This document shows, piece by piece, positions 25,238 to 38,300 of a stretch of DNA of 64,000 bases (positions within the stretch are counted from its first letter, which is position 1; the number at the start of each line of letters is the position of its first letter). Origin of the DNA: Octopus bimaculoides (taxonomy: Eukaryota); the NCBI RefSeq assembly GCF_001194135.2, contig NC_068988.1:2368139-2432138 (forward strand). The letters are read 5' to 3'. A program made the translations under genes and the position numbers. Under the pieces are notes generated by a model. It did no database searches, had not been told where the DNA came from, and saw only the letters and a list, made by a program, of their open reading frames with translations.

Positions 25238-27560
25238 CTGTTAAATTTAGTGAGAAAAAAGAATAGAAAAATTGCAAAGTTTGCAGTGGAAAGAAACTCA
25301 GTTTACATACATCTACACACACACACATACACACATACAGACATGCACACACAACACACACCCAACACAAACACACACTCACATGCACACACATACACAC
25401 ACACGTCGCACATGCACACACATACAGACACAAACCCAACACAGACACACACCCAACACAGACACACGCACACACGCACACACGCATGCATATGCACACA
25501 CATACACACACACCCAATACAGGCACAGGCACACAGACAGACACTCACACACCACACACGCATACACACACACATGTACATACACTCATGCATATATATC
25601 CATATATGCATATATTTCTTTGTGAGTACTCACACATGCACTCACATGCATATATACACACACTTTTTTTAAAACCAATATCTTAAAGGTATTCCAGTAT
25701 ACAATATTAAACAATATAGATTTGTAATGAACAATTTAAGAGAGCACAAAATCATTATTTTTTTCCTCCCCATTGAAAAAGAAAAAAATCAACCACAATT
25801 TTTTTCTGCCTAATCAAATATTCGAATGTAATCATTAACACATTTAATTGGTAAGTGAGAATTATGCAGTTTGTTTTCTTTAAATTTAATAGTTTGTTAT
25901 GTTTTTATAATCAAAATAAGTATATAAATGTATCAGCTGTGGTGTCAAATACTGCTTTAACATGAAAACATATTTCTGAGATATTAGCTTTAATTCATAG
26001 AACTCTTTATTATAAACTAAGTTTTGCAAACATCTTTGTGAAATTCACACAAATTTTTGATATATATTGAGGAACATATGTCTCATTTCCCCTCTCTCTG
26101 CAGTCATCATTGTCAGTAACTTTTATACTTTCAACACATCATGGCTCTTAATCATTCCATAATGATGCAACCACTGCAGAAACCAACTCTTTTGTAAATC
26201 ACAACTCTCTACATCAGTTTGTCTCTTCCTCTCTGTGTGCCCCAGCTCAGCACACAGATGCTGCAATCACTGTGATCATTTTATCTCTTCCATAACGATA
26301 AATGTCTCAGCACCTAGAGAATCATCTGACCACAGTCTTGTCACAATTACCTAACACACATCCACAGTCCTCTCAATGTCCCCTTCCTTCTTATTTCACC
26401 CCTTATGGCACTTAAGGTCATCTACTGGTTGGAGCGTCATTGACACTAACTATTTCTGGCATCAAACATGTTTTATTCTCAATCCATTAGAACATCTTGA
26501 CAGGGGATTAAAACTATTCTTTTAGTCATGTGTCCTCCTACACCACATTCTGTACACAATAAAAGTATAATGTTCAAAGTCTCCCAAGGGATTCCTTCAT
26601 TGTTGCTCTGCTGATGTTCTGATGACAAACAAGGTCTATGATAGCTGGAGAAAGTTAGCCACTCCACCGAAACTGAGAAGGTTTATCTAGCAATACAACT
26701 CCTGAAAAACATTACCTGAACCATAAAAGACAAGCTTGTGCATCTGACAGCCCAACTTTGTAGAATCTTTTCAGAATTCGTTACAGTGATGCAGCTTGTC
26801 ACAGATCACCTTCAGCCAGTCGGAATCAACTCAAATGCTTCCTTACCAATGTTAATTTATCTCAATGCTTCCTAAATGAATGCTCACAATCGGAAACACT
26901 AAATAAAAACAAAGGGAATCAAGGAGTCTTCAGCCGACCCTTCATAAATATATATATTCTATAACATATATTGAGTACATTTTCTTTTGTGTGAATGAAC
27001 CACTTTAAAGCATCGCTTTATAAAAGGTATTCTTGAACTCACTCGACATTAATGGAGTGTTTAAACTTTTGTTTATAAAACCCAACAGACAAACAATCTT
27101 AAGAGACTCTTGAAAAATATGAAGAATGAGAATATTAAACTTTGAAATTTCTAGAATATATATTTGCCAGTTATTATTATATTTGGTTGAATAGAGATGT
27201 TGTTTACATAACAATAGGATAAAAATACAACATATTTTAAGGATCTTTTGTCAGTTTAAGTTTTATCTGCTGAAAGAGCAAATATGAAAAGATACATAAA
27301 GAGATATTCTATTCAGGTTATTATATGAAGGAAACGGTAGTTCTTACACAGTTGCCAACCTTGTTGGTTTTGGCATAAAATTCCTGATTCTGCTTACTTT
27401 CACATGGTTTCATAATTCGATTACAATAAATCTACAGAGATTCTATAGCTAATTTCTTCATGGTATTTTTGTTTCTTAATACTATGTAAACTTGGCACCA
27501 CCAATGTATTTCTTGCAGCTAACATGCTGTATTTGCTTTGCCATGTCAAAAATCTTTCAG

Positions 27561-27727
27561 TACCAAAATCTCCATTGAATATATAGGTCTACGAACTTTT
27601 CTATTAAAAAGATGTCATGACATTCATAACTTTGAGGTGAGTCTTTGAAGTCATGTGAAAACAGCATTAACAATGTAGAGAAAATGTCAAGATATACTCA
27701 ACACAGTGCATTAGAAAGCCTTATAAA
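27561..27727 (+). repeat. Inverted duplication, arm 1 (partner 30149-30315)
   Basis: AAAAGATGTCATGACATT...TTTGAGGTGAGTCTTTGAA...AATGTAGAGAAAATGT...GATATACTCAACACAGT...AAGCCTTATAAA is present in reverse complement at 30149-30315. Confidence 0.85.
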
Positions 27728-27846
27728 GTAAAGAGATGTGTGTGTGTATACATGCACACACATATAGATATATATACATGAGTTACATAATTGTATCTCC
27801 CCCCCCCACACACATATATACATACATACACACACATATATGTATA

Positions 27847-28069
27847 TAGGGTATTCAAAAAGTCTCTCCGCAGTAAGTATTTAATGGTTTTTCTAGCTAT
27901 TCTTGTACACTGATCCTTTACTTTCTCCCCAAACAAAAAAAGTCTGGTGGTGTTAAATCAGGTGATCTTGGTGGCCAAAGTCCCTTCAAAATAATCTGTT
28001 CACCAAAAAACTCTTGAAGTAGCACAGGATGAAAAACATTCCCTGCCAAGAGACTTTTTGAAGACCCTG
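27847..28069 (-). mobile_element. 223-bp internally deleted mariner-like element (MITE-like) with both TIRs
   Basis: TIRs TAGGGTATTCAAAAAGTCTCT / AGAGACTTTTTGAAGACCCTG in TA context; interior minus frame reads WPPRSPDLTPPDFFV(W)G, the third catalytic-Asp motif of DD37D/DD41D-type transposases. Confidence 0.8.
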
Positions 28070-28477
28070 TATATATANNNNNNNNNNNNNNNNNNNNNNN
28101 NNNNNNNNNNNNNNNNNNNNNNNNNNNNNNNNNNNNNNNNNNNNNNNNNNNNNNNNNNNNNNNNNNNNNNNNNNNNNNNNNNNNNNNNNNNNNNNNNNNN
28201 NNNNNNNNNNNNNNNNNNNNNNNNNNNNNNNNNNNNNNNNNNNNNNNNNNNNNNNNNNNNCTGAGTGGTTGGCGTTAGGAAGGGCATCCAGCTGTAGAAA
28301 CTCTGCCAAATCAGACTGGAGCCTGGTGTTGCCATCCGGTTTCACCAGTCCTCAGTCAAATCGTCCAACCCATGCTAGCATGGAAAGCGGACGTTAAACG
28401 ATGATGATGATGATGATGATGATATATATACATGTATATATATATAAAAATGAATAAACACTCAAAAAATAAACACT

Positions 28478-29002
28478 CAAGAAGTTTGTGAGGAACCCAC
28501 TGACCCAATTTGCTGACTTTTCTGATGGCACACAGGTGTCACTGAATGGTTGAATGACCAAATCCAAGCTTCTCTGCTAGTACCTCAACACTTACGATGG
28601 GATTTTGTTTTGCAGGATGTCCTCATTGAGCTCTACAAATCTCCCAGAACACGGCTGGTCTTCTAGGCTGTAGTTTCCAGCTTGGAATTTCTGAAACCAC
28701 TGTTGACACTGGCTTACACCTATTGTCCAATTCCCATATACTGCATTAATATTCTTTGCACTTTCTGTTATGTTGCTGCCTTTATTGAACTCATAAAGCA
28801 AAATATGCCGAATATGCTTCTTTGTCATTTCCATTATAGCTTTGTAAAAATAGCTGTTAAAATCGAACTGCACTCTCCAAAACTTGCACTAAATATAAAA
28901 CAAGGTAAAATCACTACCTGCTTTTATGGCAAGTTAATGCAGGTAGTTTATCCCATCCCCCTCCAATTTTTAGTTCATGCAATTATTTATGGGATAACCC
29001 AA
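28478..29002 (-). mobile_element. 5' half of a decayed DD34D mariner transposon
   Basis: TA plus TIR-like TTGGGTTATCCCATAAATAATT at 29002-28981; ORF MEMTKKHIRHILLYEFNKG...WFQKFQAGNYSLEDQPCSGR (mariner HTH); after a frameshift LAEKLGFGHSTIQ*HL...KLGQWVPHKL (WVPHEL motif). Confidence 0.85.
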
Positions 29003-29184
29003 TACATATGTATGTACGTACATACACATGTACATATATACGTACATATGTACACACATTCATACACACATTCATACACACATTCATACACACATTCATA
29101 CATACGTACGTACATACGTACATACATACATACATTCCTACATATACACAATCATACATACATATATACTTTTTACACCTACAT

Positions 29185-29720
29185 CATCCTGTGATCCACC
29201 TGAACACATCATCAGTGATGTTTCCTCATGTCTTTAGGTGTTTCAGGTCTTTCAATATCCAACACCTTTATTCAGAAGGCCCACTTGAAGTTGACAAAGC
29301 CCTAGATTTTGTCCAACCAACTCTACCACAGACAGCACTGTCTCTTGCAGGGCTCTTACCTCTCTCTCTCTGCACAGCCACCTTGAAAAAACCTCTACTG
29401 CCTCCACAGCGCACAGGATGGCATTCTGCCAACTGGCCCCTGTAATGCCAAATATACTATTCTCTGAAGCAGAACACTCTGTGTGACCCCTTTCAGATGG
29501 GATCCCATTTTGCTTGCCATCCATAGCTTTGGTATGATTCCACTTAGCTCAGCATATTTCCTCCTCATGTTCTTGTTAGTCTTTTGAATGTGATGCTTCT
29601 AGGGAAGGGGGAGTTCCAACAAAACTTCCTGCTTGCATGCTTCTGCGTTCCCTGTCTGGCCTTAGGGATATCGAGGGGACGGTTTCTGGGAACTTCAGCT
29701 GTTTCTTCTGGTCGACTTTC
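29185..29720 (-). mobile_element. 3' end of a restriction-like-endonuclease non-LTR retrotransposon (Hero-like), decayed
   Basis: Minus frames KVDQKKQLKFPETVPSISLRPD, VLLELPLP*, MRRKYAEL and AILCAVEAVEVFSRWL resemble the RLE C-terminus (LRPD...ELTVPWE...RKKAKYAEL...AE-AS-WLW); structured 3'UTR follows. Confidence 0.6.
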
Positions 29721-29929
29721 AGCTCCTAGTCACATGACTTAACTAATAAAAGGTTTTCTAGTGAACTGTCTTGAGTAGATCTTGACATTTTCTCTTGACA
29801 TTTTGAGATAGAGAGAAAAAGCTCTGTTTCAGTTGCAACAACACACACACAAACGCACAGACACAGACACAGACACATGCACACACAGACACACAGACAC
29901 AAACATGCCAAACACACACACACACACAC

Positions 29930-29964
<35 letters not shown>

Positions 29965-30077
29965 NNNNNNNNNNNNNNNNNNNNNNNNNNNNNNNNNNNN
30001 NNNNNNNNNNNNNNNNNNNNNNNNNNNNNNNNNNNNNNNNNNNNNNNNNNNNNAGAAAGAGTTATACACACACACAT

Positions 30078-30127
<50 letters not shown>

Positions 30128-31249
30128 CATACACACCCGTTTGTTCAGTTTATAAGGCTTTTTAATGTACTGTGTTGAGTATATCTTAACATTTTCTCTA
30201 CATTCTTAATGTTGTTTTTGCATCATGATTTCAAAGACTCACCTCAAAATTATAAATGTCATGACATCTTTTCAACAGCAAAGTTCATCAGCCTACGTTC
30301 AATGGAAATTTTGTAAGGAGGCTCCAGGTGGCAAATCTAGCAGTGGGCATCTTCTTGCCAGCCTTGACAAAAATTTACTTCTTCATTGGATGGACGTATT
30401 ATTTGCTATGGTTATACAGGCTTTTAAATAACAAAGTCAAACCTAGGAAATTTGAAACATAATTAGTAAAATAATAAGATAATTGTGGGCTGATACATTA
30501 ATGTAGTGGGACAAAAGTAATTTTTAATCTATACTTAAATCTTAATCAGTTTTATGTGTAATGATATGAAAAGTCATTAGCATTAATGAATACTCTCTTT
30601 AAAAAAGTTAAGGGAGACAACTCTGAAATAATTAGATAACTTAGTTATTTTAACAACTTAATATACTTAATTGTAGCCTTTACAAATGATTGTCTGCATC
30701 AGAGTGAATAGAGATGTCTATGCTTATAATCTTATGTCATAATTCAATGTAATGCAACGGAATTTATTGAAACTATAAAATATTTAATATATGTAATAAA
30801 TAACACTGCTAAATGTTGGAGATATGCTACAGGAGACAATAAGAACGTTATGAAGAGTGACAGCTAATTGAATCATTTAGATGTATTCTGCCAGTGAAAG
30901 GTTAACACTTTATACGCTAGCATTAATCATAAACTACAATCTTTGTCATGGATGCTCATGGCTTTGTGGTTAGGCTGTTGCACCCAGTATTGTAAGATTG
31001 TGGTTTCAATTCCTGCACTGGGCAATACATTGTGTTCTTGAACAAAGCACTTCATTTCACTGAAAGACGAGTAACCTTGTGAAGGTGCAGTGTTCCTTCC
31101 CTTCAACACAAAATTGTATATATGTCACAGAATCCAGGAAATTGGCTTTACTGAGGCTTTGGATTAAGAAGGATCTTTGATCCTTTTGTTTTTATGTCAA
31201 TCTTTCTTTTATCTGTGACATTGGCTCAGTCTGCTGATGACAATAATCC

Positions 31250-31464
31250 TTTCTACAGAAGGCACAAGGTCTGAAATTTCGTGGGAGGGGACTAGTTGAT
31301 CACATTGACCCCCAGTGTTTTACTGGTACTTAATCTATCGATCCCAAAATTATTAAAGGCAAAGTTGGCCTCAGCAGAATTTGAACTCAGAATGTAACAA
31401 CAAGTGAAATACCGCTAAGCACTTCCACTCGGTGAGCTAACAATTCTGCTAGCTCACTGCCTTA

Positions 31465-31501
<37 letters not shown>

Positions 31502-32507
31502 TAATAATAATAATAATTTTTTTCTACTAAAGGCAGAAGACCNNNNNNNNNNNNNNNNNNNNNNNNNNNNNNNNNNNNNNNNNNNNNNNNNNNNNNNNNN
31601 NNNNNNNNNNNNNNGAAATTTTGGTGGAGGAGCTTAGTGATTACAGCGACCCCAGTGTTTCACTGATACTTAATTTATTGACCCTGAAAGGATGAAAGGG
31701 AAAGTCAACCCTGGTGGTATTTGAACTCAGAACATAAAGATAGATGAAATGCCATAACACATTTTACCTAGCATGCTAACAATACTGCTAGTTCACTGCC
31801 TTAATAAAAACAGCAACAGCAGTAGTAATTCTTTCTACTATAGGTGCAGGGCCTGAAATTTTTGGGGAAAGGGGCTAGTTGATTACATTCATCCCAGTGC
31901 TCAACAGGTGCCTATGTTTTTAGCCCTAAAAAGGTAAAAAGCAAAGTTGACCTCAGTGGAAATTGAACTCAGAATGTAAAATGAGAAGGCAGCGAGCAGG
32001 CAGAAATATTAGCACGCCCTGCAAAATGCTCAGCAATATTTCATCTGTCTTTATGTTCTGAGTTCAAATTCTGCTGAGGTTGATTTTGCCTTTCTTCCTT
32101 TTGGGGTCGATAAATTAAGTGCCAGTTATGCACTGGGGTCGATCTAATCAACTCCCCCAAAATTTCAGTTGTTTTGCCTAGAGTAGAACAGGAAAGAATG
32201 TAAAACCAGAAGAAATGCCATGAAGTATTTCATCTGGTGTGCTGACGACTCTGCAGGTCCCTATATTTACAACAGCAACAATAATGGTGATAATAATCCC
32301 TTCTCCCAAAGGCACAAGACCTTAAGTTTTGGGAGGGAACAAGTCGATCACATCGACCCCAGTGCTCAACTGATACTTCATATATCGACCCCAAAAGGAT
32401 GAAAGGCAAAGTCGACCTCAGTGGAATTTGAACTCAGAACATAGCTGCAGACAAAATACTGCCCATCATATTTGTCCAGCATGCTAACAATTCTGCTAGC
32501 TTGCCTT
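31250..32507. mobile_element. Dense cluster of about five SINE family A copies, including a nested insertion
   Basis: Minus copies at ~31250-31465, 31520-31803, 31830-32260 and 32300-32507; plus copy 31987-32194 sits inside the third one with TSD AGAATGTAAAA (31971-81, 32195-205). Confidence 0.8.
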
Positions 32508-33663
32508 AAACGATGATGATAATAAAATAATGATAAGAGCAATATTTAGTGCATCTGACAACACATTCTATTTCTTTTGTGCCGTTTCTATTTAATTTCA
32601 GGGAGAAAAAACTATTTATTCTAATTATTTGTCAAATTTATTCAAATTATTTGACAAATATTTGGTCTAAACGATAAGAAACATTTGTCTGTGTTTTCAG
32701 AAGAAAAAGAAGAAATCATATTTCTGATGTCAGAACCTTTAACCTTTGTGTCTGAAGTCCATCACCTTGGTTCCATTCCGCTAAATTAGTTTATAGTTCA
32801 ATAAGCAGCTTTAGAAAATTATATAAAAATAGCAAAACAAAACAAAAATGAAATGGCCCTAAAAATATGTGCACCTTGATTTTCAATATCAAACCAATTA
32901 GTTATTTTGTTTGAAAGCAATGAATCTAAGAGTAAATTTAAAAGAGCCATGCAAGTAAATCCTTATGGAAACAATAGAATTCTATAATAATAATGAGATT
33001 GATAGAATTAGTACAGTTTATGGCTTTTCTGCCTGATACAGTTATTTCCTGTTAACTTACTGATTTTTAAAAATATCTGAGGTATTACTGGGTGGGTTAA
33101 GAGGGTGGCTTGAAAGAAGTGGCTTCAGGTTCAGTCTTACGATGTGACACCTTGGTACATCTTATACCATAAATTTTGAGTCAACTAAAGGCTTTGATAG
33201 AAGAGGAAATTGTACAGAAGCCTACTGGTGTGATCAAACTTGTTTTTACTTTTGTGGGGTAGACCTAATCCATAACCTGGTTTAACACTACCCACTTGAC
33301 TCCTGGGTGCCTTTAGTGGAATGCGTTCCATACTATTAAAACCAGGTCTTTAATCTGAAGAATACTTCCTCCCTTTCTCCCACTTGTTGACCCTGAAGGT
33401 GATGCACAATGCTCTTCTACCTTTGATTAAGTTTTAAAATGTCAAAATAACTTCTATAATTTGTCTTTAGAGAGGAAGTGAAGTGACAGTCACAGAAGAT
33501 TATGAATTAAATGAGAATCCAAATTAACGAGTAGGAGACTAAAAATGCACAGTTTTTACTATTAATAGACTAAAAGATGTTCTGTTTCCGTATGATTGAA
33601 ATCTTGGTTTATAAATTTGTACTTAGTAGAAACTAAAAAATTCTCCTAAGAATCTCCTAAGAA

Positions 33664-33893
33664 GGCAGTCAGCTGGCAGAAACGTTAGCACGCTGGGCGA
33701 AATGCTTAGCAGTATTACGTCTGTCTTTACGTTCTGAGTTCAAATTCCGCCGAGGTCGACTTTGCCTTTCATCCTTTCGGGGTCGATTAAATAAGTACCA
33801 GTTACGTACTGGGGTTGATATATCGACTTGATCTGTTTGTCTGTCCTTATTTGTCCTCTCTGTGTGTAGCTCCTTGTGAGTAGTAAAGAAATA
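33664..33893 (+). mobile_element. tRNA-derived SINE family A, full-length copy with 24-bp TSD
   Basis: Head GGCAGTCAGCTGGCAGAAACGTTAGC, B-box-like GAGTTCAAATTCC, core GGTCGACTTTGCCTTTCATCCTTTCGGGGTCGATTAAATAAGTACCAG (reminiscent of the Meta/MESC SINE domain, unverified). TSD AGAAACTAAAA(A/G)ATTCTCCTAAGA at 33628-51 and 33894-917. Confidence 0.85.
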
Positions 33894-34844
33894 AGAAACT
33901 AAAAGATTCTCCTAAGATCTGTTGAATTACTTTCAATGAACAAATTCCTTATTACGTAGCTGCTTAATTTTGAAGTTGTAGATTCCCTGTTAGAATGTCA
34001 TGGGATAGAATCTCAAGATGGATTCTTCAAGCCAAGGACTGGACCAAGAACAAAAGGTTGGATAATATTAATAGTCTCAAATGATAATGATTGGGAATCC
34101 AAACGTAAGATGTAATGCCTGTTGCTTCTGACAGGACACTATGGAGTTGGGGTGGGGTCAGGGGCTGAGGACTCTGCCTTCATGAGCCTCCCAGGAAGAA
34201 AAGATCGAAGGATAGATGGAACTCACTGTTTTTCTCTGGGGATGAATATTCAACTGAAGAAGCAGTATTTGAATGTTACAACATAGATCTGGGAGGATTG
34301 GTTCTGGCCCTACAAATGTGTTTCTGTTAATTCCCTTTAATTCTAAACAGTGTGTTAATTAGTACAATTGATTCTGTTTAATTGCAGAGCAGATAGTTGT
34401 ACAATTCTGTTAATTACATACCTTTTGGAAACACAAAACTATTTAGCATCAAATCTATGTAAAACTGATCACTTGTAAATGAAACGATGTCAGTTTTGAT
34501 TAATTGTATAATATTTTTCCTGATTGTTGAGTAAAAGAACAAAAAAATGACAGAAAGTAACAAATTTAATATTTCTTTGATTTAATTGAATAAAGTGATT
34601 CTGGAAGCTTCCGTTTTCATGACAGCAGTCAGAACATCATGTTTACAAACAACAACTGTCAAAAGAGTCAAATGTATTGGAGGCATTCTTACCATTTCAA
34701 GGAATTAAAGACTATCAAAGTTCAGATTGCTGTGTATTTTTATTTTACTTTTAATTGTGAATTATAACTCTTCAAAAAATATTCATCTGTGGAGATAAAG
34801 TTTGTGAAAGGAGAATTCTGTAACTGAGAAGACCCAGCAAATAA

Positions 34845-35320
34845 AGTGAGATCACAGCTGTAAACTACACCGGTGTCACATAACCAGCCCATTCAAAAGT
34901 ACCTTGGATCGTAGGGCAACATGCCATGCTTGAGGAGACCTTTTGAGTCAAGTACATCAACATCAAATTACAATCAAATGGAAATTGTAGTTGTGGTCCT
35001 CGTGCCAATGGCACATAAAAAACACCATCCGAACATGGTCGATGCCAGCCCTCTCACCCCGACTGGCTTCTGTGCTGGTGACATGTAAAAAGCACCATCT
35101 GAACATGGCCGATGCCAGCACCACCTTGACTGGCTCCTGTGCCGGTGGTACGTAAAAAGCACCATCCGATTGTGGTCGATGCCAGCCCCCTCTGTCCCAT
35201 GTGCCAATGGCACATAAAAAGCACCTACTACACTCTCGGAGTGGTTGGCATTAGGAAGGGCATCCAGCTGTACAAACATTGCCAGATCAGACTGGAGTCT
35301 GGTGCAGACTCTTGACTTTC
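34845..35320 (+). mobile_element. Long family C copy with internal ~65-bp tandem array
   Basis: Three to four units starting GTGCC(AAT/GGT)GGCAC-ATAAAAAGCACCATC-CGAACATGGTCGATGCCAGC upstream of the family C body; 3'-truncated. Confidence 0.75.
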
Positions 35321-38300
35321 CAGTGGTTACATTAGCCTGTCATTGACCCCATTAAATATTTTTTAAAAACTGCATGACCCCAGCTGTTTTCACTGAGTAA
35401 TTAAAAATATAGTGAAACATCAGTTGATGAATTTAATTCATTCCTCAAGGCTGTTTGTCAATCGAAATGTTTGTAAACCAAAACTATTTTTCCCATGGGA
35501 AATCCAAGAGAAGGCGAATTCAAGCAAGTCTGTGAACTGAATGAAAGCCAGACAGCAGCTGATGCTCTCCCTTTGATACTCCCAGCACGGTGCCAACCAT
35601 TGTTGCTGAATTGCATGTTTGTTTCTTGAGACAACGCTTGTCACCTGAGATGTTTAATGTTAAAACAATTGATCATATACTGATTTGGTCAGGACGAGAG
35701 GTGTTTGTAAAGTGACGAGGGGTGTTTGTAAAATTGAATACAGGTGCAAATGTAACTGTGTGGTGAAGAAATTTGTTTCTCAACTCTTTGGTTTTGAGTT
35801 CAATTTTTGGGTTCAGATAGTTTTAGTAGAAACCATAAAAATATCTGTTAACTTTAAATTCTTAAAATACATTTAAAAACATGATCTCTAAAAGCCTGCT
35901 CTTATATTACTGCTTTTGTTTTATTGGTCTTACCTACATAGAAAGGCTTCCGTAGCAAATGAATGTAGATGACTTATGATGAACAGCAATATCAATCAAT
36001 AGGTTATTAGCACAATTGAATTGGAGAAAGAAGGAATTGATTGTAAGATATTTCATACTTTTGTGGAGTTGATTGAATCGAAATATTTTGATTTCAGATC
36101 GGAAACGATCTGTTGAGTTCACAACTAATGTATGATCAGTTCATTGAATCTATATCAAGAATAGAGAAAATATCTCTTATTCAATTCATATTTGAAAAAA
36201 GTATCCCAAATATATTAAAGCTAATAGAGCCTGAAGGAATTCTCTTTATTCTATTCTTACAAATAATCTGGAAAGCTGCCAGCAAGCTGACAATGGAAGA
36301 AAGTTGAGATTCAGTGAAATGAAGAAGTGCTGAGGAGAAAAGTTGGAGAGGAACAGCAAAGTAGGGTCTCACCAAGAAAATTGTACAGGATTGAGTTGAA
36401 TGAAGGAATGTTGTGGTCTTGCCTAACTGTAGCCCTTATTGATAAATGGGAAAGAACACGATGCGGATGATGGGTTGGGTATATCTTTGTGGTGATGGTG
36501 GAGGTGATTGTGGTTACCTGATGATTAAGGTATCTGTGGCATTTAATTCCAATAATTAATATTAGAGATGATGTTTGGGTGGTGAGTTGGCACAATCGTT
36601 GGCACATTGGGCAAAATGCTCAGTGACATTTTGTCCATCTTTACATTCATCATCATCATCATTGTTTAACGTTCGTTTTCCATGCTGGCATGGGTTGGAC
36701 GGTTTGACTGAGGACTGGCAAGCCAGGAGGCTGCATCAGGCTCCAGTCTGATCTGGCAATGATTCTACAGCTGGATGCTCTTCCTAAAGCCAACCATCCT
36801 GAGAGTGTAGTAGGTGCTTTTTATGTACCAACAGCACAGGAGCCAGCTGGGGAGGGGACGGGGGATTTGGACTGGCATTGACCACATTCGAATGGTGCTT
36901 ATTACATGCCACCAGCATGAGAGCCAGTCAAGCAGCACTGGCATTGATTTCGATTTTGATTTTGATTTTTAATTTAAATTCTGCTTAAGTTGACTTTGCT
37001 TTCATGCTTTGTGGAGTGGGGGGTAGTAAAATAAATATCAGTTGAACCCTGGGGGGTGGGGATCGATCTAGCCCTAACCCTGCCCCTACTCGACTTACAC
37101 TTGAAACCAATATTAGAGATTGCTTTAAGGCAGTGAGCCAGGCAAAATACATAGTAGCATTACATTCTGAGTTCAAATTCAACTGAGGTCAATTTTGCCT
37201 TTCATCCTTTCGGGGACAATAAAATAAGTACCAGTTGTGTACTGGGGAGTCAATGTAATTCACTAAGCTCCTTCCTCCAAAATTACTGGCCTTGTGTCAA
37301 AATTTGGAGTCAGTTTTAGGGATAGCTTTGACTCTATTGAGTTTGGGATGATGTTGGTTAGGTGTTATTATAAGAAATAATAATTGAATATGACTCTATG
37401 TTGTGGAAGGAAGAATGCTTGCATTTCATGCCTCAAAATGAAAGTAATTTCTGTGACTTTGGAGTGACTAATACCCAAAGGATCCTTCACAGAAGGGGAC
37501 AATCATTTTTATCATGAAACTAAAAAGAGTCTCTGATGTACCTTCAAATATCTTTGGTAGTAAAGTATAGAATCACAGATAATGCTTGGATGTGACATGC
37601 TCTCTCTAAAAATATGGCAGTGTGTCTTTGAGATTTTGAGTAAATTTCTGACTGTTTATAGATACGAAGGAAGTGTTAAATGTAATAGATTCAGAATTGG
37701 TTGAACTCAGATGAAATATTTTAACTGAAGGGGTGACAGTACAAACACTCCGTTATAGAAAATCTAATTTGCATTAAAAATTAAAACATATTCAAAACTG
37801 CAAAAATAATGACTTTTAACTTCAACACAAGGCCAATAATTAGATGTGTGTGTGTGTGTGAAGGGAGGTGGGTGTAGTTGGTTTCAGGCTTTCATTGCTA
37901 ATATTTTTGTGAAAATAGATTGTTTTTATTTTAATTAATTTCGAAAATAATGAAGAGCATAATTAAATAACTTTGTTATTATCAAGCTGATTTTTGGGTC
38001 ATAAATTAACATGAAATTTTAATAGGAAATTTTAATTTCTATCACTTTAAAATAGAAAGATGGTGCCATGGGTCTCAGGTAGTTTGATGTCAAAAGGGTT
38101 AATTAATCCCCAAATATTATTGGTATTAATTTTATCAACCCTAGAAAAATGAAAGGCAAAGTTAGTATTGGTATGATTTGATTTCAGAACATAATGGAGC
38201 ACATGTGATATTGGGCTGACTTTTATCTGAAATGAGTATTTTGAAGAAGTAATCTGTAACTTCATTTTTACCCCAGCCCTGGGTCCAAGGATGCTTTTAA

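Noticed and set aside
29195-29260. GAAAC...CTGATGA on the minus strand as a possible type II hammerhead
   Set aside because: The motifs lie inside ordinary helices and no NUH site with stems I and III can be drawn.
34975-35230. Regular ~65-bp repeat units resembling a CRISPR array
   Set aside because: Eukaryotic context, the spacer-like parts are also homologous, there are no cas genes, and it is the internal array of a SINE-like family.
33460-37720. Several protein-like short frames (e.g. SLLECHGIESQDGFFKPR at ~33985, VISTIELEKEGID at ~36003, TKEVLNVIDSELVELR at ~37660)
   Set aside because: Splice signals are incomplete or weak and no family is recognisable; such frames arise by chance. 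Not called without transcript evidence.
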